Shown in pieces: positions 8,582-16,041 of a DNA stretch of 19,066 nt. The translations under genes and the position numbers were made by a program. The notes under the pieces were generated by a model. The model was not told the DNA's origin, did no database searches, and saw only the letters and a program-made list of their open reading frames with translations. This DNA is from Calditrichia bacterium (GTDB lineage Bacteria > Calditrichota > Calditrichia > RBG-13-44-9), in the NCBI GenBank assembly GCA_037381445.1, contig JARRQT010000114.1, positions 1 through 19,066 of the forward strand, given 5' to 3'. Numbering within the stretch: the stretch's first letter is position 1; each line of letters begins with the position of its first letter.

Positions 8582-8842
8582 CTAAGACCCGGTTTCCTTT
8601 AATTTTTCAATCTGTTGATCGGCATGATAGGAGCTTCGCACCAGCGGACCGCTTTCCACATGGGGAATTCCCATGCGCTCTCCAATTCGTTTCAGCTCCC
8701 CGAATTCGTCCGGCGAATAGAATTTATCTACCGGCAGGTGTCGGGCAGTTGCCTGGAGATATTGGCCAATCGTTAGTATATCAAGATTGATGTTAACCAG
8801 ACGTTCAAATAATTCCAGCAATTCCTGCCGGCTCTCCCCCAT
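8582..8842 (-). CDS. lipA: Lipoyl synthase LipA, C-terminal part (after frameshift)
   Basis: MGESRQELLE...DILTIGQYLQ...HLPVDKFYSPDEF...ESGPLVRSSYHA (conserved RSSY motif). Confidence 0.9.
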   Translation of the reverse strand: MGESRQELLELFERLVNINLDILTIGQYLQATARHLPVDKFYSPDEFGELKRIGERMGIPHVESGPLVRSSYHADQQIEKLKETGS

Positions 8843-9374
8843 GGGCATACAGCCGGGGCACCACCTCCAGATTATGGTTAAGGATATCCGGTTTGGCGTC
8901 AAAGATTGTTTGCAGGGCCGCTGTATCTCCCTTTAGGTCGGGAATGAGCACCTCGACCGAACAGCCCGGCGTAAATTCCCTGATAAAACGAATGGTCTCG
9001 CTGAAAATAAAAGCGCCGCCATCTGCCAGATCGTCCCTGGTCACTGAAGTAATGACGGCATGACGCAGGTTAAGCTTTTTGACCGCGAGCGCCACCCTGC
9101 GGGGCTCTTCCCTATCTGCCTCACCGGGAACGCCGCCCTGCACCGCACAAAAGCGGCAATTCCGGGTACAGATATTTCCTAGAATCATAAAGGTTGCGGT
9201 GCGCCGCGACCAGCAATCCGCCAGATTGGGACAGCGGGCGCTCTGGCAAACGGTATGCAGATTCTCATCATCCACCAGTTTTCTGACATCCCGGAATTCA
9301 CTACCGCCCGCCAATCGTATTTTTAACCACTCGGGTCTTCTTTTAATATCTCTCTTTACTGAATTATCACGCAT
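8805..9374 (-). CDS. lipA: Lipoyl synthase LipA, N-terminal part
   Basis: RRPEWLK, CX4CX5C (CQSARCPNLADC), radical-SAM CX3CX2C (CTRNCRFC), VITSVTRDDL, NHNLEVVPRLY; SD GGAGGG at 9387-9392 (minus strand). Homology ends at ~8844. Confidence 0.95.
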   Translation of the reverse strand: MRDNSVKRDIKRRPEWLKIRLAGGSEFRDVRKLVDDENLHTVCQSARCPNLADCWSRRTATFMILGNICTRNCRFCAVQGGVPGEADREEPRRVALAVKKLNLRHAVITSVTRDDLADGGAFIFSETIRFIREFTPGCSVEVLIPDLKGDTAALQTIFDAKPDILNHNLEVVPRLYAHGGEPAGIAGII

Positions 9375-9405
9375 CTAAAGAAACAACCCTCCAAATCCCG
9401 GACCA

Positions 9406-10401
9406 CTACCAGCGCACCAAGCCTGAAGCCCAGGTAAATCCGCTGCCAAAAGAGGCCAGCGCCACCAAGGAATTATCTTTAATTCTGCCTTCCTGCCACG
9501 CTTCACTCAGGCAGATGGGAATACTGGCTGAAGTAGTATTTCCGAATTTATGTATATTGCTGAACATCTTGTCCATTCCCACACCCAGCCGCTGCGCAAC
9601 CGCTTCGGTAATCCGCAGGTTCGCCTGATGGGGAACAATCAGATCCACATCTTCTATCTTATTGCCGGTTGCGTCCAGGGCTTCATGGATCACTTCCGGA
9701 AATCTTGTCACCGCATGTTTAAAAACATATCGCCCCTGCATCTGGGGATAGATACGGTCTGTTTCCAGCATATCGGCGGTAATGCGGGGATGATGGGTCA
9801 CTGCCGGCCATTCGACCCACAATTTATCGGCATACTTTCCGTCAGCATGAATATGGGTAGTTAAAACACCACGCTCGGGATCATCATGCGGGACTAATAC
9901 CGCGGCTCCCGCGCCGTCGCCAAACAGTACGGCAGTATCCCGGCCCCTGGTAGTCAGATCAAGACTGGTGCTTTGAATCTCCGCGCCGATCAGAAGAATT
10001 GTCTTATACTTCCCGGTTCGGATAAACTGGTCGGCAACCGAGAGGCCGTAAACAAATCCGCTGCACTGGTTTCGAACATCCAGGGCCGGCACGCCGGGAA
10101 TTTCCAGCCTGGCCTGCAAAAAGCAGCCACCGCCGGGAAATTCATGGTCAGAAGCCATGGTTGCAAAGATAATCAGATCAATGTCCGTGGGCTTTAAACC
10201 GGCACGATCCAGGGCCATTTTGCTTGCCTCAAAGGCCAGACCGGAAACCGACTCGCCCTCCTTCACCCAGTGCCGTTCCACGATACCAGTTCTTTCCCGG
10301 ATCCATTCATCGGAAGTTTCCATGATTTGTTCGAGATCATGATTTGTGACAACTTTTTCAGGAACATAATGACCAACACCCACGATTCTGCTTCTTTTCA
10401 T
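9406..10401 (-). CDS. fabH: 3-oxoacyl-ACP synthase III
   Basis: TSDEWIRERTGI, catalytic Cys (NQCSGF), FGDGAGA, HQANLR, GNTTSASIP, GSGFTW. Confidence 0.95.
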   Translation of the reverse strand: MKRSRIVGVGHYVPEKVVTNHDLEQIMETSDEWIRERTGIVERHWVKEGESVSGLAFEASKMALDRAGLKPTDIDLIIFATMASDHEFPGGGCFLQARLEIPGVPALDVRNQCSGFVYGLSVADQFIRTGKYKTILLIGAEIQSTSLDLTTRGRDTAVLFGDGAGAAVLVPHDDPERGVLTTHIHADGKYADKLWVEWPAVTHHPRITADMLETDRIYPQMQGRYVFKHAVTRFPEVIHEALDATGNKIEDVDLIVPHQANLRITEAVAQRLGVGMDKMFSNIHKFGNTTSASIPICLSEAWQEGRIKDNSLVALASFGSGFTWASGLVRW

Positions 10402-10452
10402 AAGCCACCCGTCGTTTTTATTTTCCCTAAAGTTTCCGTTATCTCTGATTTG

Positions 10453-10481
10453 AATTTATGGAGTGCAGGCGATAATTTCAA
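10453..10481 (-). promoter_or_regulatory. Sigma70-like promoter for fabH-lipA
   Basis: Minus strand TTGAAA (10481-10476), 17-nt spacer, TAAATT (10458-10453). Confidence 0.55.
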
Positions 10482-10581
10482 GAAAAGATTGAAAATAGGA
10501 AAATTTTTAACTTGCAGAGATGATAAAATAGTCGAAAAATGATAAATAATGTGAAGGGGAAACAGCCTTCGGCATGGGAAA

Positions 10582-11523
10582 TTACTGAAAACTCTCTCCA
10601 ACCGAAATTTTTTGACCTCGCAGGAATTCGTCTGTAGACATCCTTCTTTTTCCTTCCCGCTGCAGCTCAAGGATTTGGAGGATCCCCGGCTTGCAGGCGA
10701 TCTGCAATTCCCCTTCATCCGCCTTTAAGACTGTTCCGGGAGCGGCCTGATATGATTCGTGGTCCAACACCCTGGCACGGTAAATCTTCAATGTTCTATC
10801 ACGATAAAGGCAAAAAGCGGCAGGATAGGGAGATAAACCGTGTATCCAGTTTTTGACTTTTTCCACCGGTTGATCGAAGGAAAGATGGCACAATTCTTTG
10901 GTCAGTTTTGGGGCTGGGGTGGCATATTGATCCTGCTGGGGAATGGGAGCGAGCTGATTGCGGGAAATATTTTCAATCGCTTCCAGCAATAATTCGGCGC
11001 CTGATTCGGCAAGGCGGTCATGCAGGCTTCCCGCTGTTTCATCCGGGTATACGGCCATTCTTTCCTGCAGCAGGATATTTCCCGCATCAATATCTTTGGA
11101 AATCCGTATGATGCTAACACCCGTTTCGGCCTCGCCGTTGATTATGGCCCAGTTAATCGGGGCAGCTCCGCGATATTTGGGAAGCAGCGAAGGATGAAGA
11201 TTGATGGTTCCTTTGGGAGGAATCGAAAACACCTGCTCGGGCAGAATCCTGAAGGCCACCACCACAAAAAGGTCTGCCTGCAAATTGCGCAGCCCTTCGA
11301 TAAAATCTTCATCTTTTAAACTGATCGGCTGAAATATGGGGGAGATGTTGGAATCAATAGCAGCTTGTTTCACCGGGGTCGGGATTAATTTCTGTCCCCT
11401 GCCCCGTTCTTTGTCCGGTTGGGTTACTACGCCCACAATAGTGTTCCGGGAGGCAATTAATTTTTTAAGGGAAGTCACTGCAAAATCAGGACTTCCCATA
11501 AAAATAATTTTTAATCCATTCAC
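10582..11523 (-). CDS. fmt: Methionyl-tRNA formyltransferase
   Basis: IIFMGSPDFA, VVTQPDKERGRG, NLHPSLLPKYRGAAPI, DAGNIL. The GTG start overlaps the def stop. Confidence 0.97.
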   Translation of the reverse strand: MNGLKIIFMGSPDFAVTSLKKLIASRNTIVGVVTQPDKERGRGQKLIPTPVKQAAIDSNISPIFQPISLKDEDFIEGLRNLQADLFVVVAFRILPEQVFSIPPKGTINLHPSLLPKYRGAAPINWAIINGEAETGVSIIRISKDIDAGNILLQERMAVYPDETAGSLHDRLAESGAELLLEAIENISRNQLAPIPQQDQYATPAPKLTKELCHLSFDQPVEKVKNWIHGLSPYPAAFCLYRDRTLKIYRARVLDHESYQAAPGTVLKADEGELQIACKPGILQILELQREGKRRMSTDEFLRGQKISVGESFQ

Positions 11524-12035
11524 CGGTAGGCGTAAGCTCCTTCCAGCTCTTTCAATTGGGGTTCAAGTAATTTCCGCTTCAGGAGGGGAAGTTTGTCAAC
11601 AAAGAGTATGCCTTCCAGGTGATCATATTCATGCTGGAAAACCCTGGCAAGGACTCCGTCCATTTCTTCCTCCACCGTTTTGCCGTTCAGCAACTGGTAT
11701 CTCGCCCTGATTTTGGCCGGGCGATCAACTTCGGCCCGCACTCCCGGAATACTGAGACAACCTTCTTCAATTCTCTCCGATCCCTCCCTGGACAGGATTT
11801 CCGGGTTAATATAGGCCTGCGCCTGCCAGTCCTCGTTGATCAATTCTTTATCCACAACAAATAATCTTTTGGATACATTGACCTGTGGAGCTGCCAGTCC
11901 GATCCCATCGTTCAATTTCATGGTTTCGATGAGATCACTGACAAAATTCTCCAAATCTATATCAAATTGTGTTACCGGTTTTGCTACTTTGCGCAGCGTG
12001 GGATGCCCCATTTTTATAACTGGTAAAACTGCCAT
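11520..12035 (-). CDS. def: Peptide deformylase
   Basis: GIGLAAPQ, EGCLS and QHEYDHL motifs; adjacent to fmt. Confidence 0.97.
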   Translation of the reverse strand: MAVLPVIKMGHPTLRKVAKPVTQFDIDLENFVSDLIETMKLNDGIGLAAPQVNVSKRLFVVDKELINEDWQAQAYINPEILSREGSERIEEGCLSIPGVRAEVDRPAKIRARYQLLNGKTVEEEMDGVLARVFQHEYDHLEGILFVDKLPLLKRKLLEPQLKELEGAYAYR

Positions 12036-12117
12036 AATTATCTATCCATTTAAATTTTGATTTTTAATACCCTTATCAAAATACTTTGTTCCTTCAAAGT
12101 TCATAAAATTAGATGCA

Positions 12118-12438
12118 TCAGGCAGACCGTTTGATACTCGAAACCGCTGTTCGGTCAATCTCCAGCTTAACATTATCATCGACCTTTACCAGCAAAACCT
12201 GATCGTTGTTTTTCAGACCAACGACTTTCCCGTGAATCCCGCCGGCGGTTACGATTTCATCGCCTTTCTGAACTGCATCAAGCATTTTCTGACGTTCTTT
12301 CTGCTTTTTCGCCTGGGGGCGCAAAATAAGGAAATACATGATAACGATAATTAGTATTAACGGTAAAAAAGATAAAAATGCATTTCCACCCTCTGCCCCG
12401 CCACCACTCGGCGCCATTGCATATAATGTTTCCACCAC
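12118..12438 (-). CDS. yajC: Preprotein translocase subunit YajC
   Basis: TM helix followed by YFLILRPQAKKQKE and KGDEIVTAGGIHGKV; follows tgt; SD GAGGAG. Confidence 0.95.
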   Translation of the reverse strand: MVETLYAMAPSGGGAEGGNAFLSFLPLILIIVIMYFLILRPQAKKQKERQKMLDAVQKGDEIVTAGGIHGKVVGLKNNDQVLLVKVDDNVKLEIDRTAVSSIKRSA

Positions 12439-12544
12439 TTTTTGTTCTCCTCTTCTTTTCTATTATTCTGTTAAACTTAATTTACATTTTAAAAAGTTGA
12501 ATTTAATATGTTCTCCTATCCTATACAATTTGTTTTTTCGGGAA

Positions 12545-13675
12545 TCATTCGTGACCGCTCTCAAACCGGGAGACAAATCCCGCCTTCCATTCGGAAAAAT
12601 GATTAGCAATAATAGCATTTCTGGCCTGTGATACCATATCCATATAGAAATGGATGTTATGAATCGTGGCCAGCCGTAGGCCAAAAACCTCGTTTACATT
12701 GAACAAATGACGGATATAGGACCGCGAGAAATTTTGGCAGGCGTAACATCGGCAGTTTTCATCCAGGGGCCGGAAATCTTCTTTATATTTCCCATTTCTG
12801 ATCACCAGCTTTCCAAAACTGGTAAAAACGGTCCCGTTTCGGGCATTCCGGGTGGGCATCACACAATCGAACATGTCCACTCCCCGCTGAATGGCATCCA
12901 GAATATCCAGTGGTGTTCCTACGCCCATCAGGTAACGAGGCTGGTTCTCCGGCAGCGCCATGGTGCAGAGCTCGGTAATCTCATTGCGTTTCTCCTGAGA
13001 CTCGCCTACCGCCAGCCCGCCGATGGCATATCCGTCGAAGCCGATCTCCAGCAATGCTTCCATGCTCTCCTGCCTCAAATGGGGATAAATTCCCCCCTGC
13101 ACAATTCCGAATTGAAATTGCCGGTATCCGTAACGGGGCTCAGTATTCAGAAAATGCTCGCGCGACCGGCGTGCCCATTGCACAGTAAGTAAATGGGCCT
13201 CTCGCGCTGCTTCTTCATTGCTCGGATTGGCAATACACTGATCGAGCACCATCATAATATCCGATCCGATGGCGCGCTGAATATTCACTACTTTCTCCGA
13301 TGTAAAGAAGTGCGTGGAGCCATCCCAATGGGATTTGAAATGCACCCCTTCGGAATTGATTTTACGCAATTCATCCAGGCTGTATACCTGAAATCCGCCG
13401 CTGTCAGTCAGTATGGGCCCGTTCCATCCGTTGAAGCGGTGCAGCCCGCCTGCTTTCTGCAGAATTTCGATTCCGGGTTTTAGATAAAGATGATAGGTAT
13501 TCCCCAGGATTATTTGCGCCCCATTCTCTCTCAAATCCACAGGGCTTAAGGTTTTAACCGTCCCGATCGTCCCAACTGGCATAAATATGGGTGTTTTTAT
13601 CTCACCATGGTCGGTATGAAAAGTCGTTGCTCTTGCCCTGCCCCGACTCGTTTTTGCGTCAATTGTAAAGATCAT
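12545..13675 (-). CDS. tgt: Queuine tRNA-ribosyltransferase (bacterial TGT)
   Basis: TPIFMPVGT, NTYHL, TDSGGFQV, DQC, GIVQGG, GGLAVGE, YLMGVG, DMFDCVMPTR, zinc site CRCYAC...HN. Confidence 0.97.
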   Translation of the reverse strand: MIFTIDAKTSRGRARATTFHTDHGEIKTPIFMPVGTIGTVKTLSPVDLRENGAQIILGNTYHLYLKPGIEILQKAGGLHRFNGWNGPILTDSGGFQVYSLDELRKINSEGVHFKSHWDGSTHFFTSEKVVNIQRAIGSDIMMVLDQCIANPSNEEAAREAHLLTVQWARRSREHFLNTEPRYGYRQFQFGIVQGGIYPHLRQESMEALLEIGFDGYAIGGLAVGESQEKRNEITELCTMALPENQPRYLMGVGTPLDILDAIQRGVDMFDCVMPTRNARNGTVFTSFGKLVIRNGKYKEDFRPLDENCRCYACQNFSRSYIRHLFNVNEVFGLRLATIHNIHFYMDMVSQARNAIIANHFSEWKAGFVSRFESGHE

Positions 13676-13701
13676 CCAGTTTTACTCTTATTTGGGGGCA
13701 A

Positions 13702-13730
13702 AATATAAGGCAGTTGTAAAAGAAAAGCAA
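13702..13730 (-). promoter_or_regulatory. Sigma70-like promoter for tgt-yajC-def-fmt
   Basis: Minus strand TTGCTT (13730-13725), 17-nt spacer, TATATT (13707-13702). Confidence 0.55.
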
Positions 13731-13853
13731 TACTTCGCAATATTAGCCGGGAAATCACTCCCGATCAATCCGGAAATAAATGAGGAATCTTAGGCGGCTA
13801 TTCTTAAACTTCCATCCTAAGACTAATGGATCAAATATTCATCGGAAGCGCAA

Positions 13854-14534
13854 TCAGACCATTTCGATGGCAATAACCAAATCCTTTTCTATATCAAATG
13901 TTTTGGTCATCTTCTTTTCCAGTTCGATCCGGTTAACTTTTTCAATCTGGATTGTAAAATTGTTCTGGTCGGTGGTTTTCTCCAGAAGAATTCCTTCCGT
14001 ATTCAATGTCCCTTTTTGCTTCTCATCATAAAAAGCAACAATAACCCGGTCTTTAACATCCAGGGCAGTCAAAATTTCCCGAAGCTCATCCAGATTTCTT
14101 TCCTGCACCAGGAGCTCTTCGTCTTTCGAGACAGTGATATCCTTTATATCGCCATCGCTGTATTTGAACACGATTATTCCACCGCCTTTCTTGGCATATA
14201 CCAGCTTCTCAGTGGCGCTTTCGATCATCTTCCGTTCCACATTAATGATTCTTCCGGTAAAGTCAGAGTCGGTAATGTCAATGATTTCAACAATGACCGG
14301 TATATCATCAACGGTCCCGTCATAACCGACGCGGGTAATTTCAATCCGGTTCCCGATGCCAATCTCACTTATTTTAGACCGGACCTTGTCGGGTGTCATT
14401 GCCCCCCGCCTTAAATTCGGAATTCTGGTTCTTTTTCGTTTCAGCGGCCACCAGAAATGCCTTTGAGCATAATTAGGACTCTCTTCAAATGAAAGGTTCT
14501 TTCGTTGGTCAAAATAGTATCGTTCCAATCCCAT
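13854..14534 (-). CDS. Hypothetical protein with two internally repeated beta-rich domains (alternative start ATG 14399, 181 aa)
   Basis: Long ORF with protein-like composition from MTPDKVRSK (14399, preceded by AGGCGGGGGG). The upstream ATG at 14534 also has a GGAG, so the start is ambiguous. Confidence 0.8.
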   Translation of the reverse strand: MGLERYYFDQRKNLSFEESPNYAQRHFWWPLKRKRTRIPNLRRGAMTPDKVRSKISEIGIGNRIEITRVGYDGTVDDIPVIVEIIDITDSDFTGRIINVERKMIESATEKLVYAKKGGGIIVFKYSDGDIKDITVSKDEELLVQERNLDELREILTALDVKDRVIVAFYDEKQKGTLNTEGILLEKTTDQNNFTIQIEKVNRIELEKKMTKTFDIEKDLVIAIEMV

Positions 14535-14779
14535 TCTTGCTCCGAATTAATTCATATTAGTGATTTTCCTAATATTATTACATTTCAATAAATAATGCAA
14601 ATTAAATTTTTATCATCTTAATGTTCTGCAAATCAAAAGGTTATTTCTGCTGTTAGAGAAGTGACACTACCATTATTTTTGCTTGGAATCATCTGCCGGC
14701 TGAGAACGTATATCTAATTCCGCAATCAGATATATGCCATTTGGAATTGTGTCCAGCATTTCTGATTTTTACAAAATCA

Positions 14780-14808
14780 TTGAAAATTTCCGCATATATT
14801 TGTAAGCT
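14780..14808 (+). promoter_or_regulatory. Sigma70-like promoter for the dehydrogenase gene
   Basis: TTGAAA (14780-14785), 17-nt spacer, TAAGCT (14803-14808). Confidence 0.5.
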
Positions 14809-14859
14809 TAATCAAATTTTAGAATGGTAAAGGGACAAAAAACATTTGAAAGGGAAGTT

Positions 14860-15795
14860 ATGGGAAGAATACTGGTCACCGGCGCCTGCGGCCAAATCGG
14901 AAGCGAACTGGTTCTCTATTTGGCCGATCAATTCGGTGAATCTGCAATCATTGCAAGCGATATTAAAAATCCATCCTCTTTTATTAAAAATAATATCCCC
15001 TTTTTTTATCTTGATGTTCTTGATTTCGCGGCTGTCAACCGCATCGTCGTGGAACAGAATGTTGGTACAATTTTCCACATGGCAGCCATCCTCTCTGCGG
15101 TGGGCGAGAAAAATCCGCAGTTGGCCTATCAGATAAACATGCAGGGACTGATGAATGTGTTGGAAGCTGCCCGCCAGCACCATATGGAAAAAATAATTAT
15201 CCCCAGCTCAATTGCGGCGTTCGGACCGGATGCGCCCAAGGATAAAACCCCGGACAATACCATAATGAATCCCACCACCATGTATGGCGTGACGAAAGTG
15301 GCTGGAGAAAAACTCGCCCAGTATTACCATTTCAAATATGGGGTTGATGCCAGGTCGTTGCGGTATCCGGGTATCATCAGCAGCGAAACGCTGCCGGGAG
15401 GCGGAACCACAGACTTTGCAGTGGATTTGTATCTGAATGCCATCGACGAAAAGAAATATACCTGCTACATTGCAGAAGAAACAGTATTGCCTTTCATGTA
15501 CATGCCGGATGCAATTAAGGCGATTGTGGACCTGGCGGCTGCCCCCGGGGAAAAATTGACCCAACAGGTTTACAATGTGCACGCACTGAGCCTGGCTCCG
15601 AGAGATATTGTGGCATCAATTCGGAATGAATATCCCTCATTTCGCATCAGCTACGATCCGGACTTCCGGCAGAGTATTGCAGAATCCTGGCCCAGATCTT
15701 TAAATGACAGCGCCGCACGCCGGGACTGGAATTGGTCTCCGCGGTATGACCTGCACGCCATGACCAGGGACATGCTAAAAAAATTAAAAAAGTGA
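14860..15795 (+). CDS. NAD-dependent epimerase/dehydratase family protein, probable L-threonine 3-dehydrogenase (extended SDR type)
   Basis: TGACGQIG, PSSIAAFG, YGVTK (YxxxK), RYPGIIS, PGGGTTD, MYMPDA and RQSIAESWP are typical of SDR-type threonine dehydrogenases. Start ATG 14860 follows AAGGGAAG (ORF track starts at 14824). Confidence 0.85.
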   Translation: MGRILVTGACGQIGSELVLYLADQFGESAIIASDIKNPSSFIKNNIPFFYLDVLDFAAVNRIVVEQNVGTIFHMAAILSAVGEKNPQLAYQINMQGLMNVLEAARQHHMEKIIIPSSIAAFGPDAPKDKTPDNTIMNPTTMYGVTKVAGEKLAQYYHFKYGVDARSLRYPGIISSETLPGGGTTDFAVDLYLNAIDEKKYTCYIAEETVLPFMYMPDAIKAIVDLAAAPGEKLTQQVYNVHALSLAPRDIVASIRNEYPSFRISYDPDFRQSIAESWPRSLNDSAARRDWNWSPRYDLHAMTRDMLKKLKK

Positions 15796-15984
15796 ACAAA
15801 TTCCATTTAACAAAGTAGCTAATAAAAATTATGGAAATTATAGATTGAAGAAGATTTAACAAGCAGCGGTACATTTTAAAATGAATGATGAAGTTAAATG
15901 ATCGCAAATTATGAGGAAGTTGAAAAATGGTTTTTTCAAAAAAAGAGACACCGTTACAGGAAAAAATTATGTTCCTCTTTTTCA

Positions 15985-16013
15985 TTGACACTATATATGA
16001 GAGCTATTAAATT
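15985..16013 (+). promoter_or_regulatory. Sigma70-like promoter for the 451-aa hypothetical gene
   Basis: Perfect TTGACA (15985-15990), 17-nt spacer, TAAATT (16008-16013); SD GGAGGT at 16029-16034. Confidence 0.7.
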
Positions 16014-16041
16014 TTATTGAAATTTACCGGAGGTCGCAGTA

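Noticed and set aside
1199..8850. Programmed ribosomal frameshifting or phase variation as the cause of the split genes
   Set aside because: Conserved coding sequence is missing at the pcrA and lipA junctions, and there is no convincing slippery site or long repeat tract.
801..13483. Many long plus-strand ORFs (e.g. 2218..3087, 3557..4267, 6756..7253, 12707..13192)
   Set aside because: Antisense shadows of well-supported minus-strand genes, with no recognisable motifs.
14400..14534. Structured leader or riboswitch before the 181-aa gene
   Set aside because: Only short 5-7 bp stems and no known aptamer motif; it may simply be an N-terminal coding extension.
15898..16020. Small ~40-codon ORF (MIANYEEVEKW...)
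   Set aside because: No clear SD, and it runs through the consensus promoter of the next gene.
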